A DNA stretch of 63,805 bases, taken from the NCBI RefSeq assembly GCF_001194135.2, contig NC_068994.1:23704372-23768176 (forward strand), in the 5' to 3' direction. Position 1 is the first letter of the stretch. Every line of letters starts with the position of its first letter. The translations under genes were made by a program, and so were the position numbers. Source of the stretch: Octopus bimaculoides. Taxonomy: Eukaryota. The notes beneath the pieces were generated by a model. It saw nothing but the letters and a program-made list of their open reading frames with translations. It was not told the DNA's origin and made no database searches. Positions 1-13,398 of the stretch are shown here, piece by piece.

Positions 1-700
1 ATATATATATATATATATATAATATTATATCATATTGATTGTCTCATCTTGTCTCATAATCAACCTGATTGTTCTCATTTGCTTTCATTCTTGCATGTGC
101 GCAGATATGACTTTTTAACATTGCCACACATTCATTCATCACCATAGGACTTTTTTAAAATACAAAATAGATCACGAAATGAAATGATAATGTAATATTT
201 TAACGTCATTAGATTCAAGTAACACAAGCTTGTACAACACTTTTGCCAGTCTCTCGATTACCAGAGTGCACACATACACACCCACTCGTGCGCGCGTTAG
301 TAGCGAATAAAACAATGAGAGCGCCCAACTACGCATTGGTGAATAAATTTCTTTTCATAGTAGTGTGCTGTCAATACACTGCTAATAGTTTGTAAGCTTT
401 GTTTATAAAACATCCTTGCAAGTGTCTCACAACTAAATTTAGTCTAGATCTTGCCAAAGATGTTTTCATTAGATTTTAATCTACCGTGCAGTTTTCCTCG
501 GCTAACTCTAGCAATAAATATGTGTACAGTCGTACCTACATGGATAAAAAATTAGCTTTACAATCACGTGTTTTCGTGTTTTCCCGTGTTCTAAATGTTG
601 CATATGGATCAAGTGATTCATAGCGTAGCCTCACGTCGACCAGATATCCGAAACCTGCCGGATCTCGATTTCTGGTTGCGAATTAAATGTTATCTTACCT

Positions 701-739
<39 letters not shown>

Positions 740-3700
740 AAATAATTAATATTAAGTTGAATTAGCTACTTAAGTTGAAGCATCAAGCCAGTCCGGTATT
801 ATCCGCACAGCTCGAAATAAGGTGAATAACAAGCAAATAAGTAACAAGGATGTCAAGATATTAGTGCATTACGGCCGTCTCAGGCTGCTCCATCTGATCG
901 AACAATGCAACAATTACATCAATTTGAAATAGAGCGTCATCTTCGGATACAGTATATAGGCTTTCAACATACAGGATACTCCATTATAATTTTTAGCAAA
1001 TATTTCATCAGAACTAGAGAATGAACGAATTATTTACACACACATACGCACACGCACGCACACACAAACACACACACAAATATATATATATCGCACAAAG
1101 TGACACATTGAATTCGCAACCAGAAATCGAAGCTTCGGTCTGCATGTTAGTTTACATTGTTCTCAGAACCTGCACTCAGAGCTTATTAGAGTTGCCTCTT
1201 AAATTCACCACCATTTCAAGCTAAATTATGTTCAATCTTGATAAACCCATTCACTTTCATTGTTACTGAGCTAGTTCAGCTTTAAGATACCAGAAGTAAA
1301 ACGTTCTCTTTCCTTAGCAATTTCAGAGAGATGACATTTCTCATTTTCCTTTTGCCTTCTGAGATTTTAGAGAGTTAATTCTCTTTCCGTCAGCAACTTT
1401 TAGAGATTTAACTATCTACCTCCTCTGCCATTTGCTGACACTAAATTGTCATCTTACCTCACGCGAGTCTTTTACATCACCTTGTATCCCCTTTACATCA
1501 ACTTTGTAGCATTCTACTACAACTACCACAAAAGATTCTCCATCAGAACTGACTTACACGTGTAATCTGCTTCCAACGCGTCGCCGGTGTGATAAACTTC
1601 GTAACGGTTAAGTAAAAACTATGATTGGTATGAACTATTTCTTGTGTCAATGTATTTCAATACATCCAGAAATGACCAACATTACAACACCCAGCGTTTC
1701 GCAGTCTTTTTTCATACGCTGCCTTTTCTCAATCAACCTTTTCATCTTGCCGAATGCAGTCTTATTCAAAGCCCATTCTTCTTACCAATTGCTAATTTAT
1801 ATTTAACTATTGTGTGTGTGTGTCTGGTTGAACATAAATACCATTGGTAGATTACATCTATTTACGTTTTGTTTTCGTCTCTTTATCTGGAGGATGATCT
1901 TACCCACATGAGATCGATAAAATAAGTAGCAAACTGAAGTGTTGGAGTCGATTTAATCGAGAAAAGCCTTTGCCGGCAGTGCCTCAACATGGCTGTAATC
2001 AAAAAATAAAACACAAATATTAGTTAAAAATACTAGTCATATCACTATAAAGTAAAACTTTTAGTCGACTGAAGTAATATCATAAGCTTTTTTAAAGAAC
2101 ATATGATGAGGTAAGTCACTGAAGTGAAAGCTATTTTCCTTTGAAGTACAATTATCTATATAGACTAATGAATTCATGTAAAACACGTCGGTTGATGCAG
2201 TTATATTGATTTTTAATGACTGGCACCGGATTATATATTACGAAGAAGGACCTGCCAATTTACTCCAACTCCAAAACTTGACTGTTACTTATTTTATGGA
2301 AGGATGACTGGGTTGAAGAAAAAGAGTCGACTTTATGGAATCTGAACGCAGAACGGCAGCAACTAAATTTTATTCGACACTCTACGGATCTTACCAATTC
2401 ATCGCCTTTCCACGTCGAAATATTAACAACCCATAACAAAAATGATTTGAAATATTAGCGAAATACTTAAGATGTAACGAAATGATATAATAATAAAGAC
2501 TCTCTATATTTCCGATCCATAAATTATTTACCCTGAAGAGATGAAAATGGAGACGTTTTCTCAGAGTTGAGCCGAGCATAGAGCGATCATTTATGTCAGA
2601 GGAGACAAAATTTCGGTCTGGAGAACGAACCACTATAATAGATTATTTATTGCGTTATTGCCATTGGTATCATAAGAATGGCGCAATAAAAGTAAGTGCG
2701 GTTAAAATTTAATCTACCACTAGAAGTTGGCAAACAGTTATTACAGATAGGATATCAAAGGCAAGTCTGAGAACTAACTTTAATTCTCAGTTTATAGCTT
2801 GGATATCACACGAAATAGATATTAAGTTTGTGTGTCCATTTATGAGATATAACGCAATTGACTTATGTTTATCGGCCAGAGAAACAAAGTTAGGCTATTT
2901 AGAATAAAGTATTTAAAATACTGGGACTGACTGTGAATATATTTTATTTAAAACAATGGGGTTTTAATAAAACATAGATAATTAATATATATATGATTAA
3001 ATATAGCGAAATACAGAATTATATTTGGCAGCTTGCCTTTGATAAATATGTTTGTAATAAAACACCGTGAAAGCATCTGAAAGTGTATATTCAGAGCAAT
3101 GAAGAGCATAAAATACAAACTGTGAGTATTTAAAACAAGCATTAATTGTATAGTTTCTTATCAAAGCATACTATGTCACTGGTAGATCGGCGAAAACAAA
3201 TGCGAAGACCAAAACTCCAACATTAAACATGTAATATAGTGAGTTTTAATCTTGTTTATAAAATTTCGGATAAATTTCTGTTATTTAAAATTAGTTTTTG
3301 ATAAAGTTATATATGCAAGAATATCAATAAAATCTTAATTTATAATAGATGATTCCCACAAAGCGGCAAGATATAACAATATTTTATTTTATGCATTCAA
3401 TTACCGATTTCATCTTTCATTTCACATACTTCTTCGATACTTTTTTATGTGGATACTCGTTTTCCGATGATTTCACTCCTAGATGTTGGGTTCTCATTTG
3501 GAAAACGTACAGCAATTAGTGTTACTTCTGAAGATGTAGACATATTTGAGTGTTGCAGAAATTTTAGAATGAAATTGTGCCAGAGAAGAGACACTCTGGC
3601 TGTATAATACTGTGATTTATTGTGAAACAGAATAGTGTTTTCATTAAGAGATGGGTATATGATCATAAGTGGCAGGTGTGAAAATATGCACAGACACCTA

Positions 3701-3990
3701 AACAGAAATATATCGATGTGACACTTCATTGTTATATGATGATGAGAACATGAATATAATAAAGATAATATGTCACATTGATCTGGATTTATTACAAACG
3801 CATATTTGAAGGAAATAACAGCCGATTATCATGACACCAGTATTGGCTGGTACGTTACTTTTTTAACCGTGGTAGAATGAAAAGTAGGCCCTCAACAGGA
3901 ATCAAACTTAGAAACAAAGGAAAACGCAATTAAATAATACAAGGTATATTTACCAACGACATACCGTTTCTGCGCTTAGGTTTTATTAAT

Positions 3991-4202
3991 ATTGGTTTCA
4001 AATTTTGGCGAGAGTCCATCAATTTTAGAGCAGGGGTAAGTCGATTACATCGATCCCAATGTTCAACTGGTACTTAATTTATCGACCACAAAAGGATAAA
4101 AGGCAAAGTCTATCTCGGTGGCATTTAAACTCAGAAAGTAAAGATAGATGAAATACCGCTAAGTATTTTGCCCTGCTAACGTTCCTGCCAGACTACGGCC
4201 TT
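3991..4202 (-). mobile_element. tRNA-derived SINE family A, diverged copy
   Basis: Aligns to the other family A copies (A box TGGCAGAA, B box GAGTTCAAA, body GTCGACTTTGCCTTTCATCC). Confidence 0.8.
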
Positions 4203-4236
4203 ATTTATTAATATTATTAATAAGGATATTGGACAT

Positions 4237-4436
4237 CCTTTTCTACTCTAGGCATAAGGCCCGAAATTTTGGGGGAGGGGTCCTGTCGATTAGATCGACC
4301 CCAGTACGCAACTATGCTTAATTTATCGATCCCAAAAGTATGAAAGGCAGAATTTGAACTCAGAACATAAAGACAGACAGAATACCGCTAGGTATTTCAC
4401 ACGGCGTGCTAACGTTTCTACCAGCTCGCCACCTTA
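4237..4436 (-). mobile_element. SINE family A
   Basis: Same consensus, near full length. Confidence 0.85.
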
Positions 4437-4569
4437 AAGATATTGGATATCAAGAACCATTAGAACGGTACTGGGTTACAACACTTCAGTTCAAACTTCG
4501 CTGAAGCCGAGTTTACCATTCGTTACCACCCGGCATCGATAAGTAAGCGTCAATATAATTGACGCCTAT

Positions 4570-4790
4570 GGCAGCGATCTGGCAGAATGGTTAGCACACC
4601 GGGCGAAATGCTTAGTAGTATTTCGTCTGCCGTTACGTTCTGAGTTGAAATTCTGCCGAGGTCGACTTTGCCTTTCGTCCTTTCGGGGTCGATTAAATAA
4701 GTACCAGTTACGCACTGGGGTCGATGTAATCGACTTAATCACGTTGTTAGCCCTCTGTGTTTAGCCCCCCTGTAGGTAATAAAGAAATAA
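4570..4790 (+). mobile_element. SINE family A (tail variant ending AATAAAGAAATA)
   Basis: A and B boxes plus conserved body. Confidence 0.85.
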
Positions 4791-4848
4791 ATATAACAGA
4801 CGTTTATCCCTTCTCCTTAATTTCTTACCTTGTAATAAATCAGTATGC

Positions 4849-5066
4849 AAGGCGGCGGACTGGCAGAATGGTTACCACGCTGGGCAAAATGCATATTGGT
4901 ATTTTACTCATCTTTACGTTATGTGTTCAAACGCCGCCGAGGTCGACTTTACCTTTTATCATTTCGGGTTCGATAAAATAAGTACGAGTTGAATACTGAG
5001 GTCGATGTAATCGACTCACCCCTCCCCCGAATTGCTGGCCTTGTGCCAAAATCTGGAACGAATATT
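4849..5066 (+). mobile_element. SINE family A
   Basis: A and B boxes plus conserved body. Confidence 0.8.
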
Positions 5067-7640
5067 AAAAGTTAGTTGACGAAAAGTGGACAACGTTAAA
5101 AAGATAAACTTGTAGTTTCAAACTACTGAAAACAGTTTGACACTGCAGTTGTAGTAGTAGCATATAGCTTTCAATGATCACGGAAATACTGGTCGACTTT
5201 GACTCTCTCTCTCTCTCAACTTATTTTATTGATCCCTGAAAGATTCGAGCCTCTTATTTAGTGCAGTAAATAATCTATGATGATGATGACGACGACGACA
5301 ACGATGATGATGATGACGATGTGGGTGAGTCTTTAATAGTTGTTTAGGAACCATTCATTTCTTTCTGCCAAAGTTAACAGTCATTCAAATTCTGACTTCA
5401 CATCTGCCATTCGTTTCTCAGCAGTCGATAAAGTAAGTACCAGTCAAATACCAGGATCGATATAATCGATTCCTCTTCTTTCCTCCCAAATTTCCGGCCT
5501 TGTAAGAAATCAGCACAGATATTTATTGATAAATAAGTAATGCTGATAGGCTACAATATCTTTAATGGGATTCTTTAGAGAGCATTGGAAGAAATCGGAC
5601 CAATAAGAAGGAACGAAGGGACTAATAGTTTTTGAACATTCGGAGAAAATTGAGAAAATATTGTTACTGTTGTTGTTATAATTAAATCTATGTTCAAAGG
5701 AATTTCTGCCATGACCACCGGCCTTCATTTCAAATATTAAACAAATGTATTCTAGTTGTGCTATATAACCTTTCTTTTAAAAAGTGGTTGAGAGGGATTT
5801 TGAGTAAGATTTGGCTGCAATATCTTAACAGATCTAACACGCACATTGTGGTTTGCTCATCGACTTCATTTTTTGTTGTCGTTAATCAATATAGGTTTAC
5901 TAAAGTAGCGTGTGTACTTCTGTGGTGGAGAATCTTTACAACGATACCAATAGAGTTGATGTTGACAAGGTCCGTACAGTCTCCCTTCTTTTGTTGACTT
6001 GAGTTGGACATGATGACATACGTGCCACATATCTCGTTAATTATAGAATCTACTTGACATTGATTCGTCTCATGTCTTTCGGGGCTAATACTGCCTTGGG
6101 TCAGTGCGCCATTATATCAATGATAAGGAAATTTCTAATGTTATATTGTGAAAAGAACAGTAAGAGTGTTTGAGCATTTAGATGCTACGTTAGGGGAAAG
6201 ACACGGAATTATTCAAAGTAACACAATGATCAAAGAGAGGTTTATCATCGGGAAGGATGATCTCAATAATGCAATGACTGTGTGTATTTATAGAGAATAC
6301 TATGGTTTCTAATTTTGTAATGTCTGGTTATAAATGGTAACTATTCACCTATTTGTTTAAGACAAGGGGAATGGTAAAGCTAAAAGCAATAATTAATTCG
6401 TCTGAATATGGAATTAAGTGAGTCATTAAAAAGCGTCATTTCCAAAATATTGTTTTATTTCCAGTAGCATAGAGGTAGAACCATTTATAAGCAATCAAAG
6501 TTACTGCCATTTATGAGACGGTGAAATAAAGGATCTCACTTTCACCAGTAAATTGGATGATTCATTCAAGAAACGAACGGTCAGTCATTCATGAAAAGAT
6601 TAAATAATATATCAAGATACCATTGATTTATGAAATGACAAAAACAAACAATGTACTAAGTAAAGAGCAGAATGAAATCCTTTGAAAGCTCAAAATTAAT
6701 CAATCATCATTAGTTCACATTATCCTACACACGTATTAACAATCTTCCATTCGCCAAAACAATTAACAAGAAATCATTCAAAATGCATTCCAATAACTTC
6801 ATAATTTCAATGAAATTATATGTGTATGATCACGCATCGATACACATGTATTATTCTCCATGATGCAGAATTAGTGTGCTTATCGATTTTCCTTAGTGTC
6901 ACAATCAAACTGAAATATCATAAGTTGACAACGTTGCTATATTGCGCCATAACCCGACGAAGCAGTAGTTGCCATACATCATTTGACCGATAATTTAGAG
7001 TAGTTGTTTTTCTCATTCTATTCAACATGATGTGAACCATGTTCAGGTGACAGTAACGCTAGTTGTTTCCTTTTATCTTTATATTTTTTATCAGCAGCTC
7101 TAAACTTATTAACACAATATACACACTCGAGTTTTATCAGATATGGGTGACAGCATCTCTAAGAGTGAAAGTGTGTTTATGTATACAAACGAGTGCGCGC
7201 GCGCGGGTTTGTGTGACTGTGCGTTGCTAGGACAATAAAGAGTATATTAATAATGTTCTTGAAATAATTATTATACGGGAAATGTCAATCTAACATTCGT
7301 AATTAATTTCAATCGAATCACAGCAATGAAAAGAGAGCTCACAGTATATATAATTCAACCATTTATCGGCACGAAAACATTCAAATGACAAAAAGTATTC
7401 CTTTCGCTCATTATTTTCTAAAGGGATATCATCTTTATACGCATACATTTTACACATACAGAAACATACTTTTTTTGATACCTTTATTGTACTGATACGT
7501 GAAGCAATGTGAAATGGCCAAGCACCAAACTGAACAGCTTACATACGAGTAATTAAAAATGTGCTCAGGGAAACAGTTCAAATAACAAGATTAAGGTCGT
7601 TTTAAAACTTACTCTTTTTCTGTGAAGTATTTAGTGTAAA

Positions 7641-7707
7641 GAAGAAGAAGAAGAAGAAGAAGAAGAAGAAGAAGAAGAAGAAGAAGAAGAAGAAGAAGAA
7701 GAAGAAG
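7641..7707 (+). repeat. (GAA)22 microsatellite
   Basis: Direct reading. Confidence 0.95.
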
Positions 7708-8011
7708 CAATTAAATGTGGGACTACAGATGTTAACCTCTTTAGTAAGGGAAAGATCATGCAAAGATAGAGCTAGAACTGGAGTTATTATTTAATCAATT
7801 CCGTCGAAATGATGTTGCCGAGAACTAAAAGATCAATAAACAAAATAAAATAAGATAAAAACTGAGGCATTTTGGAGGAAGATAACATCAAGAGATTGAG
7901 TGATTTGGGGAGAAATATAATTTAAAACGTAAATGATTTGCTGCAATGAATGAAGTACAAAAGAGAGACATGTGGCTCAAACGGTTNNNNNNNNNNNNNN
8001 NNNNNNNNNNN

Positions 8012-8055
<44 letters not shown>

Positions 8056-8593
8056 CATATATACATACATACATACATACATACATACATACATACATTA
8101 TTTCTCCAATAACAGGGCTTTAATGATAGGTAAACCAAGGTTTAATGTTGAGTAATGTACTCTCAGAGGGGCGACCTGCATTCATAATACATACTTGAAG
8201 AAATATATGTAGAGTGTTTGCAAGGTTAATAGAAGTTGTCATTTTACAACACTTGCCAAGCGTATTGTGGCAGCATGTTACAAAAGAGAATGTCATTAAT
8301 ATTTATGTATCAACAAGTTACTGATTAAAACAGTTGACTTCTTGCCACGACAGAATCATGCTGAAATACTATTAATACAAGGGGCAAAATGTTATTCTCT
8401 GTGAAGAAATAGCTACAGCGTTATTCTCATTAGAATGATACGGCTGTTCATTGCCAAGCAGATATAATTGCGTGAATTGTAATGAATCAATGAAGACGCT
8501 TTACTTGGTCGCTCGTTAAGCTAAAAATAACAGCCAAATCTCTCTCAATGCAAGTCCTGTTATCTTAAAATAGAATTACTGGATTATAAAACC

Positions 8594-9212
8594 TCTCCAC
8601 TCGTCTCAGTGATGTTCCACTTATACGCAAAGTGCACTTTCTTGAGTGAACCAATGTCTCAGTATTTGCAACCCTGTCTTGCAGCCCTCAGCACCGAACC
8701 TATTCAGCGCAAGCTTGAGATCATCTTCTGATGAGGCAATGGCATGAAGTTATCCGACCGATCCCACATTTACCGATTGTGATACCACTTCCACAACTGT
8801 TGCGCATGTCAATCCATTTCAAAACAATTATGAAGCAGAGAGTTGACAATACATACTCCTGCAGAAGTACAACATCCACGTTGAAAAGTTTCGACTTGGC
8901 ACCATTTGTCCGAACATTAACATTTGTGCATTCGTATTGGTCACAGCACTAATACCATGGACATGTGATTAGAATGTCGCAGAAAGAATTGCAAGACGGA
9001 ATCTTCAAGCCGAGCAAACCGGCAGTAGACCTAGGGGTAAACCAAAAATGAGATGATTGGATAATGTCCATAGTCTCAGCTGGTCACGTGGGAATCCAGC
9101 CAGAAAATCGAACTGCGGTTGCTTGTGATAGAACCCTATGGAGTAAGTGCATCAAGACTCTACCCCCACGATCCTCCTATGCATAGTGGGCGGAGAAGAT
9201 GGATGCATGGAA
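8594..9212. mobile_element. RTE-clade LINE remnant with 5' inversion
   Basis: 8950-8594 on the minus strand gives a decayed RT core (VRTNGAKSKLFNVDVVLLQEYVLSTLCFII). 8953-9212 on the plus strand gives the 3' end (HGHVIRM...TGSRPRGKPKMR*LDNVHSLSW) with a TGGA-like tail. Confidence 0.75.
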
Positions 9213-10038
9213 TGAATTATATAGCTTGAGGTGTATCATACGGAATGAGCCTGGATGGAATGGATTATATTGCTTGAGGTGTATCGTATGGAATGATCAT
9301 GGCAAACTTTGATCATAATGTGACGACTAGGTTTGGGCTACGATAGCAACTAAAATAACAACGATGAGAATGTTACAGAAGAGTGTGACCACTGATTTAC
9401 AGAATGAAACATTGTTATAGAAAGAGGCGGGTAAATGATTAAGCAATAAAAAAATCTTACAGGTCAGAGAAGTAAAGAATAAAGTTACAAATTAAAGAAA
9501 ATAAGACAAATATATAAGTGTAGCAACAAGTAAGGAATAATAAGTATGAGCTGGAAATGGAAAGTATACGTTACTGGGGGACGGAGAAATTGAAGAAGTA
9601 AGCCATCGGGGTAAGAAAATCTAGAATGGGCTTCAAAAAATTACACTTATTTATATTTCAAGTAAATGGATCACTGTCTGTTTCAGCGATAGTAAATTAG
9701 CATTGAATTAGTGTATAATTAGCTAAATATTCCATCGGAATGTATGCCATTAATGTAATGCCAAGGCAGAATTATTGTGATACAGTGTAACAAGCCTGGA
9801 CCTGTAAATTAAAAAGTAAAATCCATGCAACGGGTTTCCATCTTCCCATTTTCATTCATAAAGTTTGTGTTCAATCTCAACAATGGGATTGAACTCGGAA
9901 CTCATGATTTCGAACACAACTTTTTAACCATTTGGTCAAGCTGCGCCAAAAACTACCTATACTCAAACAGTTTTAAATATCATTATTAGACATAAATTCT
10001 TCTCTGAAGTGTTGGATAAGGACGTGAGAAAGAAATTT

Positions 10039-10175
10039 TCTTTTCTACTCTAGGCACAAGGTCTGAAAGTTTTGGGGAGGGGACCAGTCGATTAGATCGA
10101 CCTCAATACGCAACTGGTACTTAATTTATCGACCCCGAAAGGATGAAAAGCAAAATCGATCTCGGCGTATTTAGA
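10039..10175 (-). mobile_element. SINE family A, partial
   Basis: 3' half of the consensus. Confidence 0.8.
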
Positions 10176-10987
10176 AATTTATGCTAATAGAGTGTTGAAG
10201 CGACTATGTATGTATGTATATATGTATGTGCGCGCGCGCGTGTGTATATATATATATATATNNNNNNNNNNNNNNNNNNNNNNNNNNNNNNNNNNNNNNN
10301 NNNNNNNNNNNNNNNNNNNNNNNNNNNNNNNNNNNNNNNNNNNNNNNNNNNNNNNNNNNNNNNNNNNNNNNNNNNNNNNNNNNNNNNNNNNNNNNNNNNN
10401 NNNNNNNNNNNNNNNNNNNNNNNNNNNNNNNNNNNNNNNNNNNNNNNNNNNNNNNNNNNNNNNNNNNNNNNNNNNNNNNNNNNNNNNNNNNNNNNNNNNN
10501 NNNNNNNNNNNNNNNNNNNNNNNNNNNNNNNNNNNNNNNNNNNNNNNNNNNNNNNNNNNNNNNNNNNNNNNNNNNNNNNNNNNNNNNNNNNNNNNNNNNN
10601 NNNNNNNNNNNNNNNNNNNNNNNNNNNNNNNNNNNNNNNNNNNNNNNNNNNNNNNNNNNNNNNNNNNNNNNNNNNNNNNNNNNNNNNNNNNNNNNNNNNN
10701 NNNNNNNNNNNNNNNNNNNNNNNNNNNNNNNNNNNNNNNNNNNNNNNNNNNNNNNNNNNNNNNNNNNNNNNNNNNNNNNNNNNNNNNNNNNNNNNNNNNN
10801 NNNNNNNNNNNNNNNNNNNNNNNNNNNNNNNNNNNNNNNNNNNNNNNNNNNNNNNNNNNNNNNNNNNNNNNNNNNNNNNNNNNNNNNNNNNNNNNNNNNN
10901 NNNNNNNNNNNNNNNNNNNNNNNNNNNNNNNNNNNNNNNNNNNNNNNNNNNNNNNNNNNNNNNNNNNNNNNNNNNNNNNNNNNNNNN

Positions 10988-11028
<41 letters not shown>

Positions 11029-12015
11029 AGTATATGTACACCGCTATTGTTGATTATCTGACTTAGCATTCTAGCATAATCAGCACAGACACACAGTGGC
11101 ACACTCCTACATCTGAGATGATACTCCTGCCGTAGACATCCCCCAAAAAGACCAATTGCCATTCCTACCTTCTACTGTGCAGAATCGGTAGAAAATCGGA
11201 CTATGTGGTATTTAGTTACGTTCTTTTACGTTCTGAATTCATTTCCTGAAGAATTTGAATTACATTTTTCAGTGGCTCGATAAAATATATACCAGCCAAG
11301 TAGCACTAGAGTATATTTCACAGACAACAGTTTTCCTACATGGTAATCTCCGATACGCAGACGTATAGCTTCGTCTTTCTTACCGATATTAATGTAGTTC
11401 CTACTTCTCAAACTAAGTTCATCCACTTAGACATCTTGAGCCTAAGCTTCCAGCCAAGCCCTCTAACTCAGTCATTTCTTATCCTCTCTTCACCTATATT
11501 GTGCTTCTCTCAGGATTCATATCAACTATTTTCTCTAGTGCTCCTGCTTGGATCATCTCCTCTCTGAAATTCCAACGTTGCACATATTTTTTCAGTAGCC
11601 GTCAATTTGCTTCACTCTCCCACAAGATCAAGCTATTAAAAATTGTTATTCATACAGATGCAATGACAATAAGGACTTATGTTACAGTGATACAAGTCAA
11701 AAATTTTATTGACTGCGAATAGCCGACCGGTTGATTTCTATCGACCCTTTATGAAATGAAAGACCGAGATGAATCGTGAAAATGGAACGTAAGCGGATTA
11801 ACTTAATACATTTTGTCCAGGCTCTACTGTTTCTTCAGGCCACTGCTTTGCTAATAATAATAATTTCTGACCAAGGTATACTATCACTGAATTAGCAGAT
11901 GTGGTAGATACCACTAATGCACACCAGGACTTAACTGATACTTTATGAAATACTGAAGCGACAAGCAAGAATCTTACTTTAAAATATAAAGGGACGTAAC
12001 TAAAATATTAATATT

Positions 12016-12138
12016 CCTTTCTACTGGAGGTACAAGGCCTCAGATTTGGTGGGAGGGGACTAGTAGATTACAGCGACTCCAGTGTTTCATTGGTACTTAA
12101 TTTATCGACCCCGAAAGAATGAAAGGCAAAATCGACCT
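12016..12138 (-). mobile_element. SINE family A, partial
   Basis: 3' half of the consensus. Confidence 0.7.
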
Positions 12139-13003
12139 AAATTATTAATAATGGTTTGTAGTATTGACACCTGGTCAAACGTTTTAGAAGAGTAAATATA
12201 TTGATTCTATCGACTTCCGAAATTGGTCGCCACTTATTTTATCGATCTCACACGAACGAAAGACAAACTGTACAATGTATTTGAACTTTGAGTAAAACTA
12301 GTTACCGTGGAGTAAATTGTCTGGTGTCACACCTGTTCTGACATCCATTGTCTGTCCTCTCTAAATAGTTCAAAACAAGTAATAATTTCTAACAATGGTA
12401 CACGACTATAAATCACTGGAGAAGGAGAATACAGACGATTAATTCAAATCAATATTTGACAGACACTTGAATTATTGACCCCAGAAAGAAGAACGACAAA
12501 ATCAACTAAATAGGAATTGAACTTAGAACTTAAAAGTGTATTGACAGAATTTACTTCTAATTGTAATGGATAGGACAAAATAGCAACATGATATTTAGGA
12601 AGTCAACCCCACTTTCATCCTTCCATACTCAAATCATGGAGTTGATTTAATCAACTACACTCTCCTCTAGGTTGTACGGTCTTGGGCGTTGGACTTGTAC
12701 CACTGCATATTTTAGGCGGGTATATGAATTAGAAAACTAAGATATGCTAATGTGACAAATAACGTAGAACAAAAAGCATTTTGGTTTCTTTACATTCTGA
12801 TTTCAATTCCTAACGAAGCTGATTTTGATATTCATGTTTCCGTGGATCGATAAAATATGTACTAACCAAGTACTATTGGATTATGATTACTATCCTCATA
12901 GATGTTGTGACTGTCAAAATTCATTATTGTTGATATGAGATGCATGATTTTAATCACATATTCGCATTTCTGATTTAACGTAAATTTCTCAGAAATTTTT
13001 CAT

Positions 13004-13345
13004 GGCGCAGTGGTTAGAGCGTCTAGCTTACGATTATGAGGTTGTGAGTTCGATTCCCGGCCCGCGCCGCGTGTGGTGTTCTTGAGCAAGACACTTTTTA
13101 TTTCACGTTGCTTCAGTTCACTCAGCTGTAGAAATGAGATGCGACGTCACTGGTGCCAAGCTCTATCGGCCTTTACCTTTCCCTTGGATAACATCGATGC
13201 CCTGGAGAGGGGAGCCTGGTATGCAAGAGCAACTGCTGGTCTTCCATAAAAACAACCTAGTTTGTGCGTTCGCCGGTGAGGCACCTTTCCGCCCACACTT
13301 CTACCCTGGAGGGGAACCTCTTAGATGCACCCATGGTCATTCCTG
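13004..13345 (+). mobile_element. tRNA-derived SINE family C
   Basis: A box GGCGCAGTGGTTAG, B box GAGTTCGATTCC, then TTCTTGAGCAAGACACTT...CACTCAGCTGTA. Degenerate copy at 18300-18420. Confidence 0.75.
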
Positions 13346-13359
13346 ACCGACGGATTCGA

Positions 13360-13398
<39 letters not shown>

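Noticed and set aside
2395-2532. Minus-strand 138-nt open exon candidate
   Set aside because: Splice sites are acceptable, but the peptide (LYYYIISLHLKY...) reflects AT-rich composition, and its phase 2 start does not match the phase 0 end at 51602.
5270-5330. Poly-Asp exon ending at a GTGAGT donor
   Set aside because: It is a (GAT/GAC)n microsatellite with an in-frame stop just upstream and no suitable acceptor.
5880-6010. Possible RT fragment on minus (KKGDCTDLVNINSIGIVVKIL)
   Set aside because: The resemblance to KKGD..NYRGISLL is too weak to support a call.
9209-9296. ~48-bp diverged tandem duplication after the RTE tail
   Set aside because: An ordinary local duplication with no structure beyond a possible target-site remnant.
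13004-13075. tRNA gene
   Set aside because: It has A and B boxes but no complete acceptor stem, and it continues into a SINE body.
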